Under the pieces are notes generated by a model. The model had not been told where the DNA came from. It made no database searches and saw only the letters and a program-made list of their open reading frames with translations. This document shows positions 7,715 through 15,908 of a stretch of 53,092 bases of DNA, piece after piece. This DNA comes from Escherichia phage ST32. Where the stretch lies: the sequence record NC_047830.1. The stretch is one strand, 5' to 3'. Each line of letters starts with the position of its first letter. The first letter of the stretch is position 1. The position numbers and the translations under genes are program-made.

Positions 7715-8197
7715 ATGTACAAATTTAACCCAATGCAAGATGGCATTACGCACATAAATATCTACACTCAAGGAAAGACGCAACTAGGCCGTGCATTGTC
7801 GAATCTATTTGATTGTGAATTTACTGTGCCAGGTTACGGAGATTTTAAGTCTTTGGAGGGATTTTGGTATTACTACCTCACAGGATGTAAGCATGAAGAA
7901 TTAAAATCTCTTGGAGGTTTTGCAGCAAAGAGCTTTGGCAGGAAATTTCCTTTTGACAGAATAGATGAAGAATCTATTGGCCCAGTGGGAGAACAGCGGG
8001 AAGTAATACTTGAAGCAATACGCTGTAAACTGCGACAGAATAAGTGGATTTGTAAGTTGTTGAAAGAATCAGAATTGCCACTGGCACACTACTACGTGCC
8101 TAAAGGAAAAGAGTACTCCATGCAGTATTCAATATCAAAGTTCCAATGGCAGGTCGAAGAATTTGAAAGGTTGAGAAAACTTTTGAAAGGTGTTTGA
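7715..8197 (+). CDS. possible NADAR/YbiA-like domain protein (low-confidence family assignment)
   Basis: GGAGGG RBS; ordered motifs HINIYT, ALSNLF, FKSLEGFWYY, EVILEAIRCKLRQN resemble the YbiA/NADAR fold as I recall it. Confidence 0.55.
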   Translation: MYKFNPMQDGITHINIYTQGKTQLGRALSNLFDCEFTVPGYGDFKSLEGFWYYYLTGCKHEELKSLGGFAAKSFGRKFPFDRIDEESIGPVGEQREVILEAIRCKLRQNKWICKLLKESELPLAHYYVPKGKEYSMQYSISKFQWQVEEFERLRKLLKGV

Positions 8198-8235
8198 TTA
8201 TCAGGGTGCATTTACGAGTGTACCCGAATAATCCA

Positions 8236-8251
8236 ATTAGTTGGATGTGAG
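8236..8251 (+). promoter_or_regulatory. conserved phage promoter-like motif (AATTAGTTGGATGTGAG)
   Basis: motif family member upstream of gene 8323. Confidence 0.45.
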
Positions 8252-8322
8252 GGACAAAGCTATTCCGTGGTTAGCAATGTCACTGAAACTTAAACTGTAA
8301 TTAACTTAAGAGAATCTTAATC

Positions 8323-8700
8323 ATGGCACAATATTCAGATGTAAACACTGGCATTATCGGTCCTAACGGCTTCAAGAAAGACCCAAAACATCCTGACATT
8401 CGTGGACGTATTAACGTTGACGGAATCTGGTATTGGGTATCTGGCTGGAACAAGCAAGCAAATGGTAATGAGTTTACCTCACTTGCATTAACCATCATGA
8501 CCCAAGAACAGGTTGACGAAATGATGCGTAAGCGTGAAGAGAAGGCTAAAGCCAAAGCTCAACCTCAAGCCGCTGCCCAACAGCAACAGCAACGCCAGCA
8601 ACCTTCTGCACAACAGCAAGCACCTGCTCAGCAACAGACGCAGAACAGTAACTACAATCCGAACGAGCCGAAAGACTTCGACGACGACATTCCGTTCTAA
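8323..8700 (+). CDS. small protein with Q/A-rich linker and SSB-type acidic C-terminal tip DFDDDIPF
   Basis: last 8 residues identical to the E. coli SSB C-terminal tip; N-terminal about 70 aa is a possible mini OB fold. Confidence 0.65.
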   Translation: MAQYSDVNTGIIGPNGFKKDPKHPDIRGRINVDGIWYWVSGWNKQANGNEFTSLALTIMTQEQVDEMMRKREEKAKAKAQPQAAAQQQQQRQQPSAQQQAPAQQQTQNSNYNPNEPKDFDDDIPF

Positions 8701-8713
8701 TTGGAGATGCCCT

Positions 8714-8833
8714 ATGAAAATTTTATGTTTTGTAGGGCTACATAATTGGGAGATTTCTCATACAAACGATTATGTAACCTTTTGGGTGTGTAAGCACTGT
8801 TCAGCAATGCGTGAGGAATATCATGGCAACTAA
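8714..8833 (+). CDS. possible small Cys-containing protein (39 aa)
   Basis: GGAG RBS 6 nt upstream of ATG 8714; overlaps start of next gene; weak. Confidence 0.3.
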   Translation: MKILCFVGLHNWEISHTNDYVTFWVCKHCSAMREEYHGN

Positions 8834-9719
8834 CGTTATTGAAATACCTGCCAACTTGGTCAAAACTGGCGACGTTGTAATTCATGAAGGTAAAGAGTAT
8901 CTGATTGGGTATGTCTTCAGAATGGGTGTAGTTCAACTGCAATATTCTGGTGGATGTTTCAATTTTGAGTGGGACCAGGCAGTCAAAATCTTGGATAAAC
9001 GTCCTACTACAGACTCCTTTGCAAAACCGGGCGCAACAACACGCGCAGTATTGGCAAGTCAAGTTCGACCCGGCAACACTTTATCTTATGGAATCAGGCT
9101 CTTTAAGATAAAGGAAGTTAAAGACCTGGGGGAAAGTGAGGTTCGCTTAATCCACGAAACAGGCTACTTTGACTTTTTACACAACCGCGTAGTCCATATT
9201 GTTAACGAGCCACCAGCTTTGGAAACTCCAACAATGGCATTCAACACCGAGATAAAGCCAGTGTTCCTTCCTTACGAGGGAGCAGTGAAACCATTCTCAG
9301 ATGAAGAAGATGTTAAAGGTGCTGATGTTGAAGTTGGCGATGTTATCCGGTATAAAGGTGATTGGGCAACTGTCACAAATGCGTACAAACACCCAAATTC
9401 ACCATACAATAAAATCAATATTAACTACGGCGACGTAAAAGGTTTGCAAGTACGTCTGATATTAACTGGAACTTATTCGAGAAAGGTAAAAGCAGTAATG
9501 GAAACATTAAATATTCAAAATGCAATCGAAGCACAACGCATTCTTCTGCAAAAGCTGGAGCAAATGCTTGATTTAACCCAGCTTCCCCCAACAGAAGATG
9601 GCAAGATGGCAATTGGCAATGCATCAATTCGCGTGGACAAGGCAACAGTTGTTAAGGCCGCACGCGATGAAATGAAAGCTGCCGCAAGCAAATCCGCAGA
9701 GCTTATCAAGAAGCTGTAA
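8823..9719 (+). CDS. hypothetical protein
   Basis: ATG 8823 with GAGGA RBS; two similar KTGDVV / EVGDVI segments. Confidence 0.6.
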   Translation: MATNVIEIPANLVKTGDVVIHEGKEYLIGYVFRMGVVQLQYSGGCFNFEWDQAVKILDKRPTTDSFAKPGATTRAVLASQVRPGNTLSYGIRLFKIKEVKDLGESEVRLIHETGYFDFLHNRVVHIVNEPPALETPTMAFNTEIKPVFLPYEGAVKPFSDEEDVKGADVEVGDVIRYKGDWATVTNAYKHPNSPYNKININYGDVKGLQVRLILTGTYSRKVKAVMETLNIQNAIEAQRILLQKLEQMLDLTQLPPTEDGKMAIGNASIRVDKATVVKAARDEMKAAASKSAELIKKL

Positions 9720-9774
9720 TTAACAGAGGTCATTCCACTTCGAGTGGCCTCGATTAATTATTACCGGAGCATTT

Positions 9775-10125
9775 ATGAAAACTTTATACATTGCACTAAC
9801 AATTCTTTTCGGAGTATTCGCATTCAAATCGGAAGCGTCTGTTCGTAACTTCCAATGTGGCGGATACAAAATGTCCGTTGAAACAATTACAATGAGCCAG
9901 CCACTCATTGCAACAATTTCTTTGCACGAAGGTACTTGGATTGAGATTCCAGACAACGGAAATCCTAACCCAATGTCCACGGTGTTCTATAACACACAGA
10001 GCAGTAAGCTGGCTTTAGTTGGTGTTGACGCTGAGGAACGTCTAGTGCTACAGATTTATCGTGACATTGACTTCTTTCATGCCAAATTTCCACTGTTATC
10101 AACATATTGTAAGGAAGTTAAATGA
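9775..10125 (+). CDS. secreted or periplasmic protein with N-terminal signal peptide
   Basis: MKTLYIALTILFGVFAFKSEA signal-like N-terminus; GGAG RBS. Confidence 0.6.
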   Translation: MKTLYIALTILFGVFAFKSEASVRNFQCGGYKMSVETITMSQPLIATISLHEGTWIEIPDNGNPNPMSTVFYNTQSSKLALVGVDAEERLVLQIYRDIDFFHAKFPLLSTYCKEVK

Positions 10126-10355
10126 CGTCATCCGAATTTACCATTGATGGAGTACCGTACTTACTTGAATCCAGTTGCGAATATCGTCACTGGTCAGTAA
10201 TTCGCGACCGAGTAGTTAAATTCTTGGAGCGAGTAGGTAAAGATGCAGCTATTCTGACTACAGCCACAGTAGAAGGGACAACCGAAATTAATCGGGAGCT
10301 TGTATCTTTTAAATTAACCATCAACCCAACAGGAAATCCATTCCGTGAAAGTTGA
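10122..10355 (+). CDS. hypothetical protein
   Basis: ORF with AGGAAG RBS, ATGA overlap. Confidence 0.5.
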   Translation: MTSSEFTIDGVPYLLESSCEYRHWSVIRDRVVKFLERVGKDAAILTTATVEGTTEINRELVSFKLTINPTGNPFRES

Positions 10356-10614
10356 AGAACTGGCTGACCAACTTAAGGCAGCAAAACGAGAGTCTGCAAA
10401 TCAATCAGAACGTGTTGCAAAACTGAAAGGGCAAGGCTCAACATCCGAAGAAATCCAACTATTTACAGATAATGTCTGGTTTTCAATGAATCGTGCACAG
10501 TTTATCCAGATTCAGGAAGAACGACTTACTGAACTGGAGAAGCGTGTAGAAACACTTGAGAACTTGCTGGAAACACTGCAAGAAACTTTGGACCAGGAGC
10601 TGAAAAATGTCTAA
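10345..10614 (+). CDS. hypothetical coiled-coil protein (GTG start)
   Basis: ORF, charged helical sequence. Confidence 0.45.
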   Translation: MKVEELADQLKAAKRESANQSERVAKLKGQGSTSEEIQLFTDNVWFSMNRAQFIQIQEERLTELEKRVETLENLLETLQETLDQELKNV

Positions 10615-11023
10615 CGTTAAGCTAGGCCAACGCTCCCTTGACAGATTAAAGGGTGTAAATCCTTCATTGGTGGCAGTTTTCAAGCGTGCATGTGAAACAA
10701 TGCCGTTTGATGTAACTGTTCTTGAAGGTTTGCGCACTTATGAGCGTCAGCAGGAGCTTTTAAAGCAGGGTGCAACCAAAGTTTCAGTTAGCCGACACAT
10801 GTCAGGCAATGCTTTAGATATTGCACCGTATCCAATTGACTGGAATGACCTCGAACGATTCAAAGTTTTAGCTCATCACATGTTCAAAGCTGCAAAAGAG
10901 CTTGGAATTACCATTCGTTGGGGTGGGAACTGGAGCCGTATTGATGAAAATCAGCCGTATCCGCCACTTGCACCAGGTAAGAAGAAGCTGATTGATATGC
11001 CGCACTTCGAACTTCCAGCATAA
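10607..11023 (+). CDS. peptidoglycan peptidase, M15 family (T5-endolysin-like L-alanyl-D-glutamate peptidase)
   Basis: SRHMSGNALDIAPY and DMPHFE metal-binding motifs; 138 aa; AGGAG RBS. Confidence 0.8.
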   Translation: MSNVKLGQRSLDRLKGVNPSLVAVFKRACETMPFDVTVLEGLRTYERQQELLKQGATKVSVSRHMSGNALDIAPYPIDWNDLERFKVLAHHMFKAAKELGITIRWGGNWSRIDENQPYPPLAPGKKKLIDMPHFELPA

Positions 11024-11043
11024 CTTCATCAATGGAGCATCCG

Positions 11044-11322
11044 ATGGAATATCAGGAAATACCGAAAGAGTTAGAGCGTATGCAATCTCGCACATCTCGT
11101 GCAGAGGCAGAACTCCACCAGCATTTGTCAAACTATGTGTACGATTCTCGAAATCTCAGATACGAAATTTCGGTAGATGGTTGTTGCTATCCGGTAACAT
11201 ATGATGAGAAGACCGCCATCTTAGACATATTAGTGAAGGGTGGAAAAGAGCGGATTGAACAGCTCAAAATCCTTAATGCGGAACTTCAAGGCATGTGGGA
11301 GAAACTCAATGCAAAACGATAA
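11044..11322 (+). CDS. hypothetical protein
   Basis: ATG 11044 has GGAG 6 nt upstream; track start 11032 lacks an RBS. Confidence 0.5.
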   Translation: MEYQEIPKELERMQSRTSRAEAELHQHLSNYVYDSRNLRYEISVDGCCYPVTYDEKTAILDILVKGGKERIEQLKILNAELQGMWEKLNAKR

Positions 11323-11857
11323 CATTACTCAAGCAGTAGAACAGCTTAAGTCCTGGCGTAGAGATGAAACCTTATTGGTTCGTTTCTACACAGGCGAAAC
11401 TAATTCTGAATTTGTAGATGCGTGGATTGATGGCCTGTCTTGGCGTCACTATGATTTCGACATGAGAGACTATTTGCATGAAGAATACGGCATTGAATAT
11501 CCAGAAGACGGCACATATGACGTAATTGAATCAAATGAAGAGGATGTTACCGAAGTTTGCTTTGTTGACGGACTTTTCAGCATTCGTAAATATGACAAGT
11601 TCAACGAACTGCTTGTTGATACTGATTTGGACGTAATTCTTGCAGCATTCCGCAGTGGTGATATTGATATTTTCACTGTAGACGATTTGAATGACAAGGT
11701 TATTTGCCGATGTAATTCAATTGCGGATTATTTCCAGCAATATGATGGCATAGAAGTTCCAGACCATCTTCGTCCATATATTGATTGGGATGCAGTTGCG
11801 AGAGATTACGGAAGTGATTACACTTTCTCCGAAGGGATACTATTCTCAAATGCGTGA
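11309..11857 (+). CDS. acidic protein; possible DNA-mimic/antirestriction type (speculative)
   Basis: GGGAG RBS before ATG 11309; strongly D/E-rich; C-terminal YIDWDAVARDYGSDY motif. Confidence 0.5.
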   Translation: MQNDNITQAVEQLKSWRRDETLLVRFYTGETNSEFVDAWIDGLSWRHYDFDMRDYLHEEYGIEYPEDGTYDVIESNEEDVTEVCFVDGLFSIRKYDKFNELLVDTDLDVILAAFRSGDIDIFTVDDLNDKVICRCNSIADYFQQYDGIEVPDHLRPYIDWDAVARDYGSDYTFSEGILFSNA

Positions 11858-12089
11858 TTTAAATATTTCTGAACTTGAGGCTGGATTGATTGTTCACCAC
11901 CAGCCTCGAAACACTTTCTATCGTATTCTTGGGCCTACAAAGATTAAAACTCACTGCGGAAGTTGGGTGGATGGGTTTGCTTACCAAGAAGTGAAGAAGT
12001 ACGGGGACCATACTTTCTTAAGTATTGATTCTTCTACCATCTACACACGACCGAAAGAGTTATTTGACTCGGATTGGAAAACACTGTAG
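11850..12089 (+). CDS. hypothetical protein (start uncertain, 11790 also possible)
   Basis: ORF overlapping upstream stop. Confidence 0.4.
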   Translation: MRDLNISELEAGLIVHHQPRNTFYRILGPTKIKTHCGSWVDGFAYQEVKKYGDHTFLSIDSSTIYTRPKELFDSDWKTL

Positions 12090-12159
12090 TTCCAGGCGGG
12101 TTTCTTCGAAGTGCCAAGCGGGTTTTGTGCTCGCATTGGCCTTCGGCTTTAGTCTGAAA

Positions 12160-12176
12160 CATTAGTGGGATTTGAT
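12160..12176 (+). promoter_or_regulatory. promoter-like motif CATTAGTGGGATTTGAT with upstream TCTGAAA
   Basis: degenerate family member in the ORF-poor region 12090-13091. Confidence 0.4.
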
Positions 12177-12300
12177 TCTGGCCACTTAGGGAAGAAAGGC
12201 ATTATACACTTATCGCCAAATGGGTGTCAAGCACTTTCTTCATTTATTTAATTTTATTCTTATTATTCTTTTTGTTTGGAATATTGGAATAATTCTGAAA

Positions 12301-12317
12301 CATTAATTGGAATTGAA
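12301..12317 (+). promoter_or_regulatory. promoter-like motif CATTAATTGGAATTGAA with upstream TTCTGAAA
   Basis: family member. Confidence 0.4.
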
Positions 12318-12437
12318 TTAGTGTAATTCTGTCTGTACTCTTTTCCACTAGCAATTGTAGAGGAAGTCCACTGCAATAAGCGCAGCCTCAAACAACCAAG
12401 TCTGGACAACTTGGGAAGAGAGTACAGCACAAAATTA

Positions 12438-12454
12438 CATTAGTTGGAATTGAA
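12438..12454 (+). promoter_or_regulatory. promoter-like motif CATTAGTTGGAATTGAA
   Basis: family member. Confidence 0.45.
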
Positions 12455-13091
12455 GAAACAACATCAGATAATAACTTTGTAACTCGGTAGACCGTTGCGG
12501 CCGCATCGTGCGAGAATGTTCAACTCATTCTACAAAGTTATTTTCGATGGAATGTTTCCATCATATACATTTATCTTTTAACATAGGCCAAAAGGGCCAG
12601 AATACTTATTCGCAGAAAAGCTATTCACTTGTTATAGGCGATGTATTGGGATGAATTGGAACTAAATAAGCAAGCTGTTAGGGCTGAATAATTAGAGGGT
12701 TATGCCTCATGCTTATGTTAGTCATTCGAAAATAGGTTTGTGCCACAAGCTGCTGGTGCTCTGAGGAAGTCGGACAAACAGGGCTTAGAGTGGCATAATC
12801 CGCACAAAACCGCGCCACCAGCTATGCCAAAGCAGGTGGATTGGGTGAATGTATTGGGAAGGGTTGCAAAGCCTCTGTGACACGCCTGAGCCGCAAGGCG
12901 ACGACACTCATGTGATTAGCGTATCGCACCCTAACGGGAGTAACCCTTCACCAATGCAGTTATCCAGAATTGACACAAACGGTAGGCAGCGGCCCGATTT
13001 TCGGCCTTCCTGCGCTACCCTGTGGCCTGTTCCTGGGCCAAAAGATGAGAAGAGAAGTCACAAACACTGAATCGAAAATTGGAGAGTTCCT

Positions 13092-13295
13092 ATGGTTCAA
13101 AAATATGGTGTAATTGATAGCGAAAACTTCCAGTTCAAAGGTTTCACAATTGATGAATTGTTGGAGCTTGTTGAGGGCTGGGAGATGAATGCAAAAGCAA
13201 TAGGTAGTGACCTTGGTGACATGACCGGTGACTTAGCTATTGGTCCCAAAATTATGCGCGACTTGATTGCCAAAATTAAGGAGCTGCAAAAATGA
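13092..13295 (+). CDS. hypothetical protein
   Basis: ORF with GGAGAG RBS. Confidence 0.5.
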   Translation: MVQKYGVIDSENFQFKGFTIDELLELVEGWEMNAKAIGSDLGDMTGDLAIGPKIMRDLIAKIKELQK

Positions 13296-13582
13296 TTCGC
13301 AAACATTCTATCCGGGTCATTAAGGCCCGGAATATCCACACAGGAGAGATGGAAGCATTTGCTTTCTTGGGTGGAAAGTTTTACTTATTTGGTTGGGAAG
13401 GAAGCGAATCAAAGTTTAATTTCTTTATGAATATGTATTCGATTAAAGAGTTGTTAAACAATGCGACCTATGCCCCATCATTCATGGAGTATTGCTTCGG
13501 CAAGCCAGTCGAGCATCTTCTGTCCAAATCCTTCATTTACAGCTGGACAACAAACCAGCCAATGTACGGAGTTCCATTTTGA
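13292..13582 (+). CDS. hypothetical protein
   Basis: ATGA overlap, AAGGAG RBS. Confidence 0.5.
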   Translation: MIRKHSIRVIKARNIHTGEMEAFAFLGGKFYLFGWEGSESKFNFFMNMYSIKELLNNATYAPSFMEYCFGKPVEHLLSKSFIYSWTTNQPMYGVPF

Positions 13583-13869
13583 ACTTACAAGACAAATCTA
13601 AAGAAGAGTTGATTGAGATTATCCAGAAAGAGCACGAACTCGCTGGCATCACAATTAACTTTGAACTCCAGGCAATGCAAGCTGTTGCCCTGGGTCATGG
13701 TCTAATGGCTACACTCATTCATGCCAAGAATGTGTTAGGCGTTGACAACGAAAAATACCAAATTCTGGAGAAAGCTGCGCAAGAGCGGATTTCGCAGTGC
13801 TTGGTGACATTAGTTGATTTGGGAATCGACGCAGAAACTGCGAACAAACGTATCCTACAAGGCCACTAA
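13579..13869 (+). CDS. hypothetical protein (TTG start, uncertain)
   Basis: TTGA overlap with upstream stop, GGA 8 nt upstream. Confidence 0.4.
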   Translation: MNLQDKSKEELIEIIQKEHELAGITINFELQAMQAVALGHGLMATLIHAKNVLGVDNEKYQILEKAAQERISQCLVTLVDLGIDAETANKRILQGH

Positions 13870-13871
13870 AA

Positions 13872-14546
13872 ATGTCTTATCATGATGATGACAAAGAGAT
13901 TGCACTATCAACGTGTAAGCAATGGCTCAATGATAATGATGCCGTCTATCTTGCCAAGGAAGATGTTATCATTATGTGGGTCCATTTTAATCCAGAATCG
14001 AAGCGCGGTGAGTGGCAACGCTACAAGATGAAAGAGGCTTGTCGCATAATTAAAGCCACACGCGCTGGCTTCTCTGCCATGAAATATATTAAGCCGGAGA
14101 TGCTGATGCTTGCTGCACAGGAAGAAGAACGTGCATATAAGCAGGCTGTTAAATCTCGTTCAACTGTTCCTCCAGAGTTCTTTAATTTGGAGCGCGCTGG
14201 ACACTTCAACAATTTAGAAATGTTGACACTGTGCCTGTTGCAAGAATTAGTTGGAAGAGGACAAAACATTGAAGCTGTTTGTCTTGGAGAACTCATGAAA
14301 GAGTTGTTCTTGGCAAAGGGCTTTGCTGTGCCAAACCGAACTTTACGCTGGAAATTGTTGCGAGCAGTCGCGCAAGAAGCTGGTGTAGTTGTTCGTGACA
14401 GAACTAACCGACTTACCGTAACAGGAGTTGGGCGTTTTGTAGCAATCCAGATTGAGGGTTATGACGAATCAATCATCACTGAACTCACTGTCGCTGAGAC
14501 AAAGGATTTAGTAAATAAAACACTAGAACGATTCAATAGATATTGA
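13872..14546 (+). CDS. hypothetical protein (224 aa)
   Basis: long ORF, ATG start. Confidence 0.6.
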   Translation: MSYHDDDKEIALSTCKQWLNDNDAVYLAKEDVIIMWVHFNPESKRGEWQRYKMKEACRIIKATRAGFSAMKYIKPEMLMLAAQEEERAYKQAVKSRSTVPPEFFNLERAGHFNNLEMLTLCLLQELVGRGQNIEAVCLGELMKELFLAKGFAVPNRTLRWKLLRAVAQEAGVVVRDRTNRLTVTGVGRFVAIQIEGYDESIITELTVAETKDLVNKTLERFNRY

Positions 14547-14576
14547 GTCGTTTGACGAATCAGAGCAGTTCTGAAA

Positions 14577-14594
14577 CATTAGTTGGATGTGGAA
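14577..14594 (+). promoter_or_regulatory. conserved phage promoter-like motif CATTAGTTGGATGTGGAA with upstream TTCTGAAA
   Basis: family member, 75 bp upstream of gene 14670. Confidence 0.5.
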
Positions 14595-14669
14595 AGAGAA
14601 AGGCTCTTTAATTTTATCTAAGTCACGTCACCGTGGCGTGCAAAACTATTCAATATAAGGTATATACAA

Positions 14670-15008
14670 ATGGCTAAGATTGTAACCGTAACTCAGTACG
14701 AAGCTAACGATGGTTCCCTGTTCCTGACCGAAGCAGAGTGTAATGCACATGACTTCAAACTGGAAAACGGTGCTAAAATTGAGAAAGCTGCCGAAGCGTA
14801 CCTGAACACCGTTGGCGCTATCGACCGTTCTCGCTCCATGCAGAAGAACACCATCGAGCAGTTCCTGGCATTCTACCTGCCGTGGGTTGAAGCTGGTGAG
14901 CCGGAAGTTGAGCGTACTAAGTTCGATACCCCGAAAGAAGCTAAAGTTGCTGACGCAAGTGTTGCTGATGCAGCAGAAGCTGCTGTTGAAGAAGCTCCGG
15001 TATTCTAA
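14670..15008 (+). CDS. abundant acidic protein, function unknown
   Basis: strong AAGGT RBS; codons of the highly-expressed E. coli type (CTG, CCG, CGT, GAA), unlike neighbours; promoter motif upstream and hairpin downstream. Confidence 0.7.
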   Translation: MAKIVTVTQYEANDGSLFLTEAECNAHDFKLENGAKIEKAAEAYLNTVGAIDRSRSMQKNTIEQFLAFYLPWVEAGEPEVERTKFDTPKEAKVADASVADAAEAAVEEAPVF

Positions 15009-15084
15009 GTTGCCGATGGCAAACTTGAGAGACTAAGCTAAATCGATCTGGCGTGCACTGGAAGTTTTCCGGTGCTGCCTTGAA

Positions 15085-15107
15085 CCCACTCTGAAAGGAA
15101 GAGTGGG
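15085..15107 (+). terminator. perfect 8-bp hairpin CCCACTCT-GAAAGGA-AGAGTGGG after the abundant gene, no U-tract
   Basis: inverted repeat read from sequence; lacks the T-run of a canonical intrinsic terminator. Confidence 0.35.
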
Positions 15108-15908
15108 CTTCAATGAGCATTCTTGTGATTAGAGCTGGGAGGTAGGCCGATGCCCAAGCTCATGGCCCAGACGAGAGTGTTCATTGAAGTAGTTTTCTGA
15201 GTCTTACGACGGGCCTAAACTGCCTGGAGTTATTGCGACTGTTTTATTCATTTAAAATAAATGCAAATGATTCTGAAATGCGAGTTGCGGCTTAATTAAA
15301 TTTAAGTCCTCTCCGTGGTCTTCCAATCCCACGTAACCAAATTTGGCGCATTGTGGCTTCGAGATGTGATTAATAAATCGGAGCAATAATTAATTTGTAT
15401 TCTGCGATGCAATGCAGGCTTAAGTCCCTCAGTGCGCGTGGGGATGTGACAGAGTACAAACTTAATTATGCAGTTGGATATTTCCGGAGGACGGACGAGC
15501 ACACTGGAATGTCTTCAATTGGTTTAGTGTGAGAAGCTATGCCAATGTGAAACGTAACTCCTTGAGGAAGTGCTCCTCTGGATTTCCCTCCACACAGGAA
15601 TCTCAAGCCTGTGGCAGTGACTTCGAAGCTGCACTGCGTAACCTAATTCACCCTAAAGTGAGTTGCCCTGAGCATGGAAATAAACTGCTCATAACCGATG
15701 GTATCTACAAAGGTAGATTAAATCAGGTTGCCTGTTGGTACTTGGGTTCAACACCTGCTTGCACTCGCAAAGTAGTGCCTTGTACCTGAGATGAAGTGAG
15801 TCGGGACCATCAATCCCACGTTATGTCAAAACACAGTAGGCGACTCACGGATTCTACAAGCCTCGCAGTTCGGGAAAACCTGCGTTATCAAAACCCCCCC
15901 TATTCTTT

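Noticed and set aside
8534-8833. 99-aa ORF overlapping the end of the SSB-tail gene
   Set aside because: Most of it is out of frame within gene 8323-8700; only the distal 39-aa part (8714-8833) has an RBS and was kept at low confidence.
12849-13070. 73-aa ORF in the 12090-13091 region
   Set aside because: No RBS, Pro/Gly-rich low-complexity translation, GC-rich patch more consistent with structured non-coding sequence.
15302-15789. ORFs 15302-15502 (-) and 15529-15789 (+) in the region upstream of the tRNA
   Set aside because: No ATG start or RBS for the + ORF (GTG only); the minus ORF is antisense to genome polarity; region better explained as non-coding.
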